Counted from the first letter of the stretch, positions 1 to 9,261 are shown. The stretch is 64,000 bases of DNA from Timonella sp. (GCA_031979385.1 DALZEF010000006.1:34014-98013); one strand, 5' to 3'. Notes: generated from the sequence alone by a model not told the origin. Numbers and translations: made by a program.

Positions 1-728
1 TGACCCAGTACCTCGACCGCAAGCCAAAGGCACTGTCCGGTGGTCAGCGTCAGCGTGTTGCAATGGGTCGTGCAATCGTTCGTCAGCCACAGGTCTTCCT
101 CATGGACGAGCCACTGTCGAACCTTGACGCAAAGCTCCGCGTTCAGACCCGTACACAGATCGCCTCCCTGCAGCGTCGTCTCGGCGTCACCACCGTGTAC
201 GTCACCCACGACCAGACTGAGGCACTCACCATGGGTGACCGCATCGCGGTCCTCAAGGACGGTCTGCTCCAGCAGGTTGGCACCCCACGCGAAATGTACG
301 ACACCCCTGCAAACGTCTTCGTTGCAGGCTTCATCGGTTCCCCAGCCATGAACATCGGCACCTACGCCGTCAACAACGGTGTCGCAGAGATCGGTGACGC
401 ACGTCTGCCGATCACCCGCGACGCAATCGCTGGCCTCACCGCGGCAGACAACGGACAGGTCACCATCGGTTTCCGTCCAGAGTCGCTCGAACTCGTTTCC
501 GCTTCGGACCCATCGGCGCTCGCTGTTCAGGTCAACATCGTTGAAGAGCTCGGATCGGACGCGTTCGTCTACGGTTCACTCAAGACCGCGAATGGCGACC
601 AGGACGTTATCGTCCGCGTGAACCCACGCACCGCGCCAGACAAGGGCGAGTTCATCCACGTGGCGATCAAGCCAGGTGCTGAGCACGTATTCTCCCCAAG
701 CAGCGGAGCACGTCTCGCAACCATCTGA
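1..728 (+). CDS. sugar ABC transporter ATP-binding protein, MsiK/UgpC/MalK family (5-prime end cut by window edge)
   Basis: The reading frame is open from base 3. The ABC signature LSGGQRQR spans bases about 30-55. Walker B is [11 protein letters not shown] and the H-loop is VYVTHDQ. The C-terminal MalK-type regulatory domain (FIGSPAMN...) is present. Confidence 0.9.
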   Translation, partial: TQYLDRKPKALSGGQRQRVAMGRAIVRQPQVFLMDEPLSNLDAKLRVQTRTQIASLQRRLGVTTVYVTHDQTEALTMGDRIAVLKDGLLQQVGTPREMYDTPANVFVAGFIGSPAMNIGTYAVNNGVAEIGDARLPITRDAIAGLTAADNGQVTIGFRPESLELVSASDPSALAVQVNIVEELGSDAFVYGSLKTANGDQDVIVRVNPRTAPDKGEFIHVAIKPGAEHVFSPSSGARLATI

Positions 729-763
729 TCTGATCTTTAAAGGTCAACAGGTAGTTTCCTGAA

Positions 764-805
764 CTCAGGGTGGGCGATCCTCAGGATCACCCACCCTGAG
801 TTTTT
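764..805 (+). terminator. rho-independent terminator after the ABC ATPase gene
   Basis: A 17-bp stem (CTCAGGGTGGGCGATCC / GGATCACCCACCCTGAG, one internal mismatch) has a 3-nt loop and is followed by TTTTT. Confidence 0.8.
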
Positions 806-970
806 CTATGCGAACCCGGCACGTCCTAACCGATAGGTATAGGTAACGGCATCACTTCACAGCATCCGCCGGGAGGTGCCCTCACCCGCGTAGACTAGAG
901 GGCGTCGGTTCTCAGTATCCAACTCCCTCGCGCCACGACACACCTCACCAGACACGCAAGGATCTCGCCC

Positions 971-2215
971 GTGCCCAAGCAGACTCTTCAGATCACCGCA
1001 GCCAAGCCGGACCCGGCTCTCCTCACGCTGCCATGGGACACCCCACTCGAAGAATGGCCAACCGACATTCTCGCGGCGCTCCCCCGCGGTATCTCTCGGC
1101 ATGTCGTACGGTTCGTGAAACTCTCAGGTCAGGTACTCGCCGTCAAGGAGATCGGTGAAACCGTGGCCTTTTCCGAATACGAGTTGCTGCGGCAGTTGCA
1201 GCGCACCGATGTTCCCTCCGTTGAACCTGTAGGTGTCATCACCGGACGTAAAGACAAAAACGGGGAACGTCTTGAGGCGGTGCTGATCACGAAGCACCTT
1301 CAGTTCTCCCTTCCGTATCGTTCCCTGTTCAGTCAGGCACTCCAACCGGACACCGCGACCCGACTCATTGACGCCCTCGCAGTTCTCATGGTGCGTCTGC
1401 ACCTCATCGGGTTCTACTGGGGTGATGTCTCCCTGTCGAACACTCTCTTCCGGCGCGATGCCGAGACCTTCGCGGCTTGGCTCGTGGATGCCGAGACCGG
1501 CCAACTGCACCCTAAGCTCACACCCGGTCAACGCAACTACGACATCGATCTGGCGCGCACCAACATCATCGGTGAACTCATGGACCTACAGGCCGGAGAA
1601 ATGATCGATGAGGATGAGGATGTGATCGCAATCGGTGACGCCCTCATGTCGCGCTACAACGAACTGTGGAGCGCCCTGCACGATCAGGAGGAGTTCGACG
1701 CTGACGAGCCGTGGCGCGTGGCACAGCACATCGAATACCTCAACGCGCTTGGTTTCGATGTCGACGAGATCGAGATGACCACAGACATCGACGGCACGAC
1801 CATTGTGATCCAGCCGAAGGTTGTAGACGCAGGACACCACGCGCGCAGGCTCATGCACCTGACCGGGCTCGATGTACAGGAGAACCAGGCACGACGGCTT
1901 CTCAACGACCTCGAACACTACCGTGCGATCACCGAACGCCAGAATGACGAGATCGAGTTCGTTGCGCACGACTGGCTCGCCGAGGTCTTTGAGCCGACCA
2001 TTCAGGCCGTGCCACGGGCGTTGCGGAAGAAGCTTGAGCCTGCGCAGTTGTTCCACGAGATCCTCGACCACCGGTGGTTCCTGTCGGAGCAGCAAAACCG
2101 TAACGTACCCATGCCGGAAGTGGTGGACTCATACGTCAAGAACGTGCTGCCCGAACGACCAGATGAGATGGCTGTTCTTGGCCTCGACCCCGAGGATGCC
2201 TCGCTGCAGGACTAA
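971..2215 (+). CDS. DUF4032 domain-containing protein (kinase-fold-like, conserved in actinobacteria)
   Basis: 414-aa ORF with a GTG start. The N-terminus LTLPWDTPLEEWP...LPRGISRHVVRFVKL...AVKEI matches my memory of the DUF4032 family. Confidence 0.75.
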   Translation: MPKQTLQITAAKPDPALLTLPWDTPLEEWPTDILAALPRGISRHVVRFVKLSGQVLAVKEIGETVAFSEYELLRQLQRTDVPSVEPVGVITGRKDKNGERLEAVLITKHLQFSLPYRSLFSQALQPDTATRLIDALAVLMVRLHLIGFYWGDVSLSNTLFRRDAETFAAWLVDAETGQLHPKLTPGQRNYDIDLARTNIIGELMDLQAGEMIDEDEDVIAIGDALMSRYNELWSALHDQEEFDADEPWRVAQHIEYLNALGFDVDEIEMTTDIDGTTIVIQPKVVDAGHHARRLMHLTGLDVQENQARRLLNDLEHYRAITERQNDEIEFVAHDWLAEVFEPTIQAVPRALRKKLEPAQLFHEILDHRWFLSEQQNRNVPMPEVVDSYVKNVLPERPDEMAVLGLDPEDASLQD

Positions 2216-2374
2216 TAACGCACTCTCGTTGAAGGTAAGCGAACCACAGTGCGCAGCGACCACATACGACGAGGGGGCTGGAAACCAGCCGCCTCGTTGT
2301 CAATTTCAGTGGGTCAATCGCACGCAATCACGCCGCTCAAACGCGAGCAGCAACCTTGCGCGCACACCCACGCA

Positions 2375-3355
2375 TCACGCCTGTTCGGTGCGAGCCTTCG
2401 CTACCTCGTACAGCGTGATCGATGCTGCCACACCTGCGTTGAGAGACTCAACGACGGACGACATCGGGATCGACACGATCGAATCGCAGGTTTCGCGTAC
2501 GAGCCTCGATAGGCCCTTGCCCTCGGAACCGAGCACGATCACGAGCGGGTCCGTCGCAAACGGGATCGAACCGACGTTCACGTCCCCACCGCCGTCAAGG
2601 CCGATCACGAAGCAGCCAGCCTTCTTCAACGTCTCAAGCGAACGCACGAGGTTGGTCTCGCGGGCAACCGGCACACGGGCAGCGGCACCAGCCGATACCT
2701 TCCATGCCGACGCAGTCACACCGGCTGCACGACGCTCAGGCACGAGCACGCCGTGGGCACCGAACGCACCGGCGGAGCGAAGGACAGCACCCAGGTTACG
2801 CGGGTCGGTTACGGAGTCGAGCGCAACGATCAACGGTGCCTGACCCGCGTTTTCCGCAGCGTCAAGAAGATCTTCGAGCTCGTAGTACTCATACGGCGGA
2901 ACCGCGATAGCCACACCTTGGTGGATGGAGCCATCGGTCATGCGATCGAGTTCGATCTTGGAGGATTCGAACAGCGGCAAGCCGCGTTCGGTCGCGATCG
3001 CGAGGATCTCTTTGGTGCGGTCATCGTGTTCGATGCGGGTTGCAAGGAACACCTTGGACACTGGCATCTCGGCGCGCAGAGCTTCGAGAACCGAGTTGCG
3101 TCCGGCCACTACCTCGTTGACCCGGTCACCTGCGAAGTTCTGCTTGCGGCGTGGGGCCGCCTTGGAGCGCTTCTCGTCGAGGCGTTCGCGAGCCACCTTA
3201 CGCTTGTGCGCGGGGTGCCAGGTGCGGTCTTCGGCGCGTGGAGTGGCGCCGCGGCCCTCAAGTGCCTGGCGTCCGTTGCCGCCAGTGCCCTTGGTTGGGC
3301 CCTTTTTGGTCGAGGCTTTGCGTACTGCGCCGCGACGCTGGGAGTTTCCTGCCAT
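2375..3355 (-). CDS. rlmB: 23S rRNA (guanosine-2-prime-O)-methyltransferase, SpoU/TrmH family (RlmB-like)
   Basis: It has a basic Lys/Arg/Gly-rich N-terminus, a SpoU substrate-binding region and a C-terminal SPOUT knot (LVLGSEGKGLSRL...IPM...ESLNAGVAA). It lies next to cysS, as in other actinobacteria. Confidence 0.85.
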   Translation of the reverse strand: MAGNSQRRGAVRKASTKKGPTKGTGGNGRQALEGRGATPRAEDRTWHPAHKRKVARERLDEKRSKAAPRRKQNFAGDRVNEVVAGRNSVLEALRAEMPVSKVFLATRIEHDDRTKEILAIATERGLPLFESSKIELDRMTDGSIHQGVAIAVPPYEYYELEDLLDAAENAGQAPLIVALDSVTDPRNLGAVLRSAGAFGAHGVLVPERRAAGVTASAWKVSAGAAARVPVARETNLVRSLETLKKAGCFVIGLDGGGDVNVGSIPFATDPLVIVLGSEGKGLSRLVRETCDSIVSIPMSSVVESLNAGVAASITLYEVAKARTEQA

Positions 3356-3409
3356 GTGACTGGCCTTCCGTGAAAGTTATGTGGATCTGAAGTTCAGTGG
3401 GCGCACGGC

Positions 3410-4840
3410 TCAGCCGAGGGACCAGCGCGCCCCGGAGGCGGAGTCCTCGACTACGATTCCGGCGTTCGCGAGGATGTCGCGGATGGCATCGGCGGTGGCG
3501 AAGTCGCGGTCCTTGCGGGCCTGCGCGCGGTTTTCGATGTGCGCGGTCACAAGTACATCGAGGGCTTTGCGTGCCTTGTCGTCTCCGCTGGACTGCTGCC
3601 AGGATGCTGGGTCGAGGCCGAACACGTCAAGCATTGCGCGGAACACGAGGAGGTGCTCCCGCACAGCGTCTAGGTCACCGGAAGCAAGTGCGGAGTTACC
3701 TGCTTTAAGGTGCTCGTGCACGGAGGCCAGCCCGACCGACACGTTGAGGTCGTCGTTCATTGCGTCAATGAAAGTCTGCGGCAGGGATGCCTGCGCAACC
3801 TCATCAGCAGGGATCTCCCCAACCTTTTCGGTTGCCCGAGCGTAGAACCCCTCGAAACGCTCCCAAGCAGCCACGGCTTCCTCAAGCGTTCCCACTGGGG
3901 TTTCGTCACTGGCAGTGGTCCATTCGAGCATAGACCGATAGTGCACGGTCGCCAGCGCGTAACGCAGTGCTACGGCAGGCGCGTGTTTGAGTACCTCGCT
4001 CACAAGCAGCCCGTTGCCGAGTGACTTGGACATCTTGGTTCCACCCTGGGTCACCCAGGCGGAGTGCATCCAGTAGTTTGCGAAATCGTAGCCCGCTGCC
4101 TTTGACTGCGCCTGTTCGTTTTCGTGGTGCGGGAAGCGCAGGTCGAGGCCGCCGCCGTGGATGTCGAAGGCCTCGCCGAGGTAGCGCTTGGCCATCGCGG
4201 AGCATTCGAGGTGCCAGCCTGGACGTCCTGGACCATATGGGGTGTTCCAGCGCGCGGTTTCAGGCTCGCCGACCTTTGCGGCCTTCCATAGCGCGAAGTC
4301 TCGGGCATCCCGCTTGAGGGTTTCCTCGTCCAAGTCCTCGCTGGGGAGTGCGTCCTCGATCTGCTGGTTGGTAAGTTGCCCGTACGCATCCCACGAGCGG
4401 GTATCGAAGTACACGTTGCCCTCGCCCGCCTGGTAGGCGTGCCCGCGCTCAACCAGGCGGTCCATGAGTTCGATCATGTCGGTCATGTGGCCGGTTGCGC
4501 GTGGTTCGTAGGTGGGCAGCAGATTACCCAGCGCGTCGTAGGCGTCGGTGAACTTGCGTTCGTGCAGGGCAGCCCAGGCCCACCATGGCTGATCTGCGGC
4601 TTCGGACTTTGCGAGGATCTTGTCGTCGATGTCCGTGACGTTGCGAATGTAGGTGACGTTCAGGCCGGTGCGACGCAGCCAGCGCACGAGCACGTCGAAC
4701 GCAACGGCAGAGCGCATGTGTCCGATGTGGGGTGCTGCTTGAACCGTCGCTCCACACACGTACATGCCAACCTGTCCGGGTACGCGGGGTTGGAAGTCGC
4801 GCACTTGGCGCGTTGCAGTGTCAAAAAGCCGTAAAGTCAC
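3410..4840 (-). CDS. cysS: cysteine--tRNA ligase
   Basis: Class I HIGH motif (PHIGHMRS) and KMSKS motif (TKMSKSLGN). The length is 476 aa and the start is GTG. Confidence 0.95.
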   Translation of the reverse strand: MTLRLFDTATRQVRDFQPRVPGQVGMYVCGATVQAAPHIGHMRSAVAFDVLVRWLRRTGLNVTYIRNVTDIDDKILAKSEAADQPWWAWAALHERKFTDAYDALGNLLPTYEPRATGHMTDMIELMDRLVERGHAYQAGEGNVYFDTRSWDAYGQLTNQQIEDALPSEDLDEETLKRDARDFALWKAAKVGEPETARWNTPYGPGRPGWHLECSAMAKRYLGEAFDIHGGGLDLRFPHHENEQAQSKAAGYDFANYWMHSAWVTQGGTKMSKSLGNGLLVSEVLKHAPAVALRYALATVHYRSMLEWTTASDETPVGTLEEAVAAWERFEGFYARATEKVGEIPADEVAQASLPQTFIDAMNDDLNVSVGLASVHEHLKAGNSALASGDLDAVREHLLVFRAMLDVFGLDPASWQQSSGDDKARKALDVLVTAHIENRAQARKDRDFATADAIRDILANAGIVVEDSASGARWSLG

Positions 4841-5082
4841 CAGATAAGTCTACCTGTTTCGGCGCGTTTACACGGTTTCGTGAGGGGTATCATGGGCGCC
4901 GACCGCGCCGGTTTCGTCACAGTGCTCACTTTTTCGTACATTGCGTTCTGGCAGCGTTTCGCTCCGCGAAACCACTGCACTACTTTGTCAGCAACCGTGG
5001 ACTGTTGGCAGATTTCCGACGAGACCCCACTCTCCCCCGCATCTCACGTCCTCAGAGTGGCCGGGTTGGTTAAGTACTCCCA

Positions 5083-5153
5083 CCGATGTTGCGGCCCAGC
5101 CGGCACTGTCACGGTGAAAACCCACAACAGTGCCGAAACAACCGCAACATCGG
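5083..5153 (-). other. nested inverted repeat (possible factor-independent terminator or boundary element)
   Basis: The outer arms are 12 bp (CCGATGTTGCGG at 5083-5094 and CCGCAACATCGG at 5142-5153). The inner arms are 8 bp (GGCACTGT at 5102-5109 and ACAGTGCC at 5127-5134). No U-tract follows on the minus strand. Confidence 0.4.
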
Positions 5154-5158
5154 CTTCT

Positions 5159-5187
5159 GGTTAGTAACACATTCAGGTTAGTAACAC
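5159..5187. repeat. tandem direct repeat GGTTAGTAACAC x2, 5 bp apart
   Basis: Exact 12-mers lie at 5159-5170 and 5176-5187. They straddle the stop codons of the last gene of the AT-richer operon. Confidence 0.9.
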
Positions 5188-5502
5188 TCGGGAAGGCAGA
5201 CCGGTGGGTCCTGCGCGTACTGCTCGATCCACGCCGGTTCCTCCGTGGTCGTGAGCGTATACCCCGACCACTGCGCCAATACTCGATCTACCGAGGGACC
5301 ACGCACTGGCGCTTTGGGCGGGGAAGATAAACAGGTTGTCTTCCCGCGCCTCGATCACTCTCTGCAGTGCGTCTTTCGTGTCCCGCCAATCTAGGTAATA
5401 CGGGTGGTCCTCCTCGGTCGGTGCCGGAGTACATCCAGTTACGAAGACGCTAAGAACCAGTGCACCCACGGCATGAAAGACAACCGCTCGCCGTCTATCC
5501 AT
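5173..5502 (-). CDS. small putative lipoprotein, possibly frameshifted near its 3-prime end
   Basis: An internal ATG at 5502 gives MDRRRAVVFHAVGALVLSVFVTGC, which is a signal peptide plus lipobox Cys. The tail of this frame looks non-coding, while a neighbouring frame (5178-5290) looks coding (see findings). Confidence 0.45.
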   Translation of the reverse strand: MDRRRAVVFHAVGALVLSVFVTGCTPAPTEEDHPYYLDWRDTKDALQRVIEAREDNLFIFPAQSASAWSLGRSSIGAVVGVYAHDHGGTGVDRAVRAGPTGLPSRVLLT

Positions 5503-5563
5503 CAGCGCACGCTCCAAATGAGTTCCTAGAGTGTTCAAATCCATCAACACCCTTCTTCATGGC

Positions 5564-5836
5564 TTAAATGCGGTAAGACCATTCTCGGCAAACCGTAACA
5601 AGACCTGCTGACCGTACACTGCTGCCGTCATCCCCATCCGTTATCCGCGCTGTCTGCGCTACTATTTTGAACTCACGAGAATCAGATTCTGACGGGGATA
5701 CTATGACCGGAGTTGTTGCCGATGGGAGGAACCACTGATCCTGTGCACTAAATTGACCGCTAGGGAACTGCTGTTCTAGCAGGATCAGCACGAAGAAACT
5801 AAGAAGTACGGCGAAAACGGTACACTCTCGCAGCAC
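5564..5836 (-). CDS. small hypothetical membrane-anchored protein
   Basis: 90 codons with a GTG start 13 nt after the permease stop. There is one N-terminal hydrophobic helix (VFAVLLSFFVLILL). I recognise no family. Confidence 0.45.
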   Translation of the reverse strand: MLRECTVFAVLLSFFVLILLEQQFPSGQFSAQDQWFLPSATTPVIVSPSESDSREFKIVAQTARITDGDDGSSVRSAGLVTVCREWSYRI

Positions 5837-5849
5837 AATTCCGCCCTCA

Positions 5850-7058
5850 CTACTGAAACTGCCGCTCGTGGTTCAAAAGCGTCAGTACATCAAGTCTGAC
5901 GTGCGTGCGAATCAACCATCTCCGAATCCCCGCGTAAAGGAGGCCGCCACCTACCACTAGCAGTACCAGAGTCACAGCGAAACGTTGAGCCGCAACCGCA
6001 GGTGGGAATAACACCAAGGCCGCGACGAACGTTGTAGCCCCTGAAACCAGAACAGGATAGGTAACCGTCCGAAGCAGCACACGTGCGTACTGCTCAATGA
6101 TGGTCGTCTCAGCCAGTTTCCAGTGTTTGAGGATCCCGATGTCACGCCGGCTAAGCGCCAGATACGATCGCCATGTCACGATAAAGAACACGATTGCAGC
6201 AAGGGCAGTGAACCCGACAACGGCGAACGACAGATTTCGCTGTAGTTGCAGCCCAGATTCAATCGAGTCGAAGGCCCGCAGCGCGAACCCCGAACTATAT
6301 CCCTTGGAATCAAGCGCGGCTGCTACGTCTCGAACGCGATGGTAGTCCGATACTTGCACAAGGGCCCCAGAGTAGACAGGGATCATCTCAATCCGCCCGG
6401 CATCGTACTCTTGGATTATGGCAGCTCGGTTCGCACCGAACATCTGCTCAGCGATACTCCAATAGGTATCAGTTGTGACGTATCCTTCTAAGCCCGGCGC
6501 ACCAGAGGTGAGGTAGTCGAACCTTACTGGATCGACCTCGGAAGAAAACGCGATGTGCGTAGTCGCCACGTCAGTACTTACAACCCCAGATTCGTCCACT
6601 TCAGAAAGTATTGGGATCTGAATCTCGCGCTCTTCGCTCCCAAGATCAAGACCGTACGCCACGCCATCTTGCATGGCCTCTACACCGATGACTTCTGCAA
6701 GTGTGGGGTCGATTCCGTAGAGTGTAACGGACTCACCCTCAGCCAGTTCAAACCCGGTTCCAAAGCCATACAATGCGGAAACTGTAGCCTCAGCAACACC
6801 CGTTGAAATCTCTGAGATGCTCGCCAGATCGGCCGTTGTCAATGGAGCCACATACGATCCATCTTCACGGCCTAAGACATCTACCAGATGAAGATTGCTG
6901 TTGTGTTCAAACTCTGCACGCCGCAGGTCACTTTGCTGCGCGAAGAACAGTACGACCACAATGTTCACTATGAGGATCAGAGAAAGCAGTATGGTGGATA
7001 ACCTGATTTGCTTTCTAGATCGGGTCGTAACGGCAGATAAAACTACTTGATTGTTCAT
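5850..7058 (-). CDS. ABC transporter permease, FtsX/MacB type (4 TM with a large extracytoplasmic loop)
   Basis: TM1 is LSTILLSLILIVNIVVVLFF, followed by a soluble loop of about 250 aa and three C-terminal TMs. An FtsX-like motif (RRDIGILKHWKL) follows TM2. The start codon abuts the ATPase stop (TAAATG at 7056-7061). Confidence 0.75.
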   Translation of the reverse strand: MNNQVVLSAVTTRSRKQIRLSTILLSLILIVNIVVVLFFAQQSDLRRAEFEHNSNLHLVDVLGREDGSYVAPLTTADLASISEISTGVAEATVSALYGFGTGFELAEGESVTLYGIDPTLAEVIGVEAMQDGVAYGLDLGSEEREIQIPILSEVDESGVVSTDVATTHIAFSSEVDPVRFDYLTSGAPGLEGYVTTDTYWSIAEQMFGANRAAIIQEYDAGRIEMIPVYSGALVQVSDYHRVRDVAAALDSKGYSSGFALRAFDSIESGLQLQRNLSFAVVGFTALAAIVFFIVTWRSYLALSRRDIGILKHWKLAETTIIEQYARVLLRTVTYPVLVSGATTFVAALVLFPPAVAAQRFAVTLVLLVVGGGLLYAGIRRWLIRTHVRLDVLTLLNHERQFQ

Positions 7059-7700
7059 TTAAACTACCTCGGTAAGTGCGCTGAGGTTGCCTTCTGCCTG
7101 CAGCCGCAGTATGACTGCATCGGCTGGGGCATTCAGCAGGTTTGGCTCGTGCGTGACAATGATGATGGTTCTACCTTCTCGCACCCTCCATAGGCTGTCA
7201 TAGACACTGATGGCGTTGTCGGGGTCCAAACTTCCTACGGGTTCGTCAAGGAGCAATACACTTGGCGAGCCAATGAGCGCTCCAGCAATTTCGACTCGCC
7301 TCCTTTCACCACCGGAGAGGTCGCGGACCATTGATTGCGCAAGGTGTGGCAGTCCCACCTGCTCCAAAACATGCTCAACTTGGGCTACTGCATCCACGTC
7401 CTGCACGCAGGCTCGATCTTGGTTCGCGACCACGCGAATCATCAGGTTTTGGGTGACGGTTAGTTCAGAGAACAGCAACTCAGTTTGAAAGAGATATTCA
7501 ATCTCACCATCGTGGGAAACTACGCCGGAGTCGGGTTTTACGTACCCAGCGCACAGGTTCAACAGAGTGGTCTTTCCAACGCCGCTCGCGCCCTGCACGA
7601 AGTACACGGAGTCTGATTCGAACCTAAAGCTTGCGTTGTTGAAGATGGACCTCGCACCGAGTTTCAGCGAGATGTTGTGGAGTTCAATCATTGAGTTCAC
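7059..7700 (-). CDS. ABC transporter ATP-binding protein (stand-alone ATPase of about 213 aa)
   Basis: Walker A is GASGVGKTT, the signature is LSGGERRR, Walker B is LLLDEP and the H-loop is IVTHE. Confidence 0.9.
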   Translation of the reverse strand: MNSMIELHNISLKLGARSIFNNASFRFESDSVYFVQGASGVGKTTLLNLCAGYVKPDSGVVSHDGEIEYLFQTELLFSELTVTQNLMIRVVANQDRACVQDVDAVAQVEHVLEQVGLPHLAQSMVRDLSGGERRRVEIAGALIGSPSVLLLDEPVGSLDPDNAISVYDSLWRVREGRTIIIVTHEPNLLNAPADAVILRLQAEGNLSALTEVV

Positions 7701-8607
7701 CTAACGGGTAGGTCTTTACGCCTTGTGCGGTATAGATTTCTAGGTTCTCGCCGTTGACTTCGAAACCGAGAATACTTCCGGTTTCGATGGCTCGGGTTTC
7801 TCCAGAGCCGACCTGGGTTGCGTGTGCTGTGAGCGAGTTATCTTGAAGTTCTAGCCAGAGCACGAGTTCATCGTTGATCACGTCGCAGGATAGGGCGCAC
7901 ATGCTGGCTGGATATTGCTCATCGAAAGCCCCGTCAGCAACCACCTCGCCTCCAAGAACTTGCAGGGCTGCGGAGTCTAACCCTTCACGTACTACGGTTA
8001 GTGCACTAAGTTGATCGATTGGAGCTGAATACAGTGAAAAATCGTCTGTTTCGGCGATGTACCTAGTCACATACAAGGCGCCATTCTCTAAGACAGAATC
8101 AACCACAACGAAGGGGAGCTCACTCACTTCCCGCACGTCATAACTGGCAGTGAGCTCGTAGACGGCAGAGCGTGCGGGGAGTCCCTCGGCGTCAAATTCC
8201 TGCCCAACGAACTGCTCTTTGCCCTGCTCAGAACCCAGCGGGATCATGAGTCGACCTGGTGTTTCGGCAACTATTCGCGCCTGCCCCCGCTCCAGTTTGA
8301 AGATCTTGTAGTCGAGGTTGACTGAGTCTCCGTAGGAGAAATAAGTGTGCGGGATCGTGCGGTCAAGGTACGCAAAGTAGTGGTCACTGTCTTTACTCGT
8401 TCGACTAGTCCCATCTGTGGGACTGTAGTAGACGACCTTTGAAGAGAATCGATCAATAACTACGAGTTCATCTTGTTCAATGTTGTCGAGTGTCGCGTTC
8501 ACGTAGGGAACTTGTCCGGCATCGTCGCTGGCAGAATTTCCTTTGGTAGGCGTACAGGCAACTACGGAGAGCACGATGGCCAACACCGCGATATATGGAC
8601 GTTTCAC
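7684..8607 (-). CDS. hypothetical lipoprotein (307 aa)
   Basis: The GTG start gives MKRPYIAVLAIVLSVVAC, a signal peptide plus lipobox. The 3-prime end overlaps the ATPase start by 17 nt. I recognise no family. Confidence 0.6.
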   Translation of the reverse strand: MKRPYIAVLAIVLSVVACTPTKGNSASDDAGQVPYVNATLDNIEQDELVVIDRFSSKVVYYSPTDGTSRTSKDSDHYFAYLDRTIPHTYFSYGDSVNLDYKIFKLERGQARIVAETPGRLMIPLGSEQGKEQFVGQEFDAEGLPARSAVYELTASYDVREVSELPFVVVDSVLENGALYVTRYIAETDDFSLYSAPIDQLSALTVVREGLDSAALQVLGGEVVADGAFDEQYPASMCALSCDVINDELVLWLELQDNSLTAHATQVGSGETRAIETGSILGFEVNGENLEIYTAQGVKTYPLGELND

Positions 8608-8650
8608 TTGGCTTCCTTGTCACTAGATAACAAGTTAAATTCGGGGAGGT

Positions 8651-8701
8651 AGGGTAGGAAGTCCGTCCACGATATTGCGCGTGGCACGTTCTTCCTACCC
8701 T
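8651..8701 (-). other. intra-operon hairpin between the secreted-protein gene and the downstream genes
   Basis: The 11-bp stem pairs AGGGTAGGAAG (8651-8661) with CTTCCTACCCT (8691-8701). Inside the loop, CCACG (8667-8671) pairs with CGTGG (8680-8684). Confidence 0.5.
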
Positions 8702-8713
8702 TCGCGGATTGGC

Positions 8714-9223
8714 CTACGCGGCGGCTGTAATCTGCCAGTTTCGGTTGTCGCCCTTGAACTTCACATACGCCGTGTTTTTCAAGAAGATCGTCCCAAATCG
8801 GTAGTCGGCTCTCGGTGCCACAACCATGTTTGAACCGTACGACGCAGTCCTAGCGCCATTCGTGTTCGACCAATACTTAGTCTCTTGCACTGTGCTCCAC
8901 GTGCTTCCGCCACCAACGGTCACACCGTTTCCGCTAGCGCCTAGGGAGAAAGATGCAGAATTACGCATGCTCGCTCCTCCCGTCCAAGTGGTTTTGATCT
9001 GCGCTACGGATTGCTTACCGCCGATTTTCGCTTTCACCGCATAGTTCCATTTGCGCGTACCGCCCTTGTCTGTGCCTCCGTCGTACCAGACATCAGCCGT
9101 GAGTACACCGTACGGCGTCGCCTTCGTTTGCGAGTCCTGCCATGCACTCGCCGGGACAGTGAAGCCCAAGGAGAGTGCAGCGGCAGTAATGACAACAACA
9201 CTGCTTTTTAGCAGCCTGTGCAT
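8714..9223 (-). CDS. secreted hypothetical protein (169-aa precursor, Gly/Ser/Thr/Trp/Asn-rich, predicted beta-rich)
   Basis: Sec signal peptide MHRLLKSSVVVITAAALSLGFTVPASA with an AXA cleavage site. A GAAAGGA Shine-Dalgarno lies 6 nt upstream of the ATG. It is the first gene of the operon. Confidence 0.7.
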   Translation of the reverse strand: MHRLLKSSVVVITAAALSLGFTVPASAWQDSQTKATPYGVLTADVWYDGGTDKGGTRKWNYAVKAKIGGKQSVAQIKTTWTGGASMRNSASFSLGASGNGVTVGGGSTWSTVQETKYWSNTNGARTASYGSNMVVAPRADYRFGTIFLKNTAYVKFKGDNRNWQITAAA

Positions 9224-9261
9224 GAGTGGTCCTTTCGGTTTATCCTGCGTGAATGAAGATT

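Noticed and set aside
1872-2843. Long plus-strand ORF (323 aa) overlapping the end of the DUF4032 gene and the rlmB gene
   Set aside because: It runs antisense to or out of frame with genes that carry clear family motifs. Its translation is Arg/Ser/Thr/Pro-rich, the typical shadow ORF of high-GC DNA. The same reasoning applies to 9944-10966, 18477-19724, 22666-23829, 28538-29800, 34589-35233, 54414-55178 and 58747-59637.
4880-5164. 94-aa plus-strand ORF in the cysS upstream spacer
   Set aside because: It has no ribosome-binding site and an odd composition rich in Cys, Trp and His. It runs straight through the nested inverted repeat, so it is more likely non-coding regulatory or boundary DNA.
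5159-5187. Possible CRISPR array or att site, suggested by the exact 12-mer repeat
   Set aside because: There are only two copies separated by 5 bp, far too short and too few for a CRISPR array. No matching copy lies at the other edge of the AT-richer block and no integrase is present. I kept it only as an unexplained repeat.
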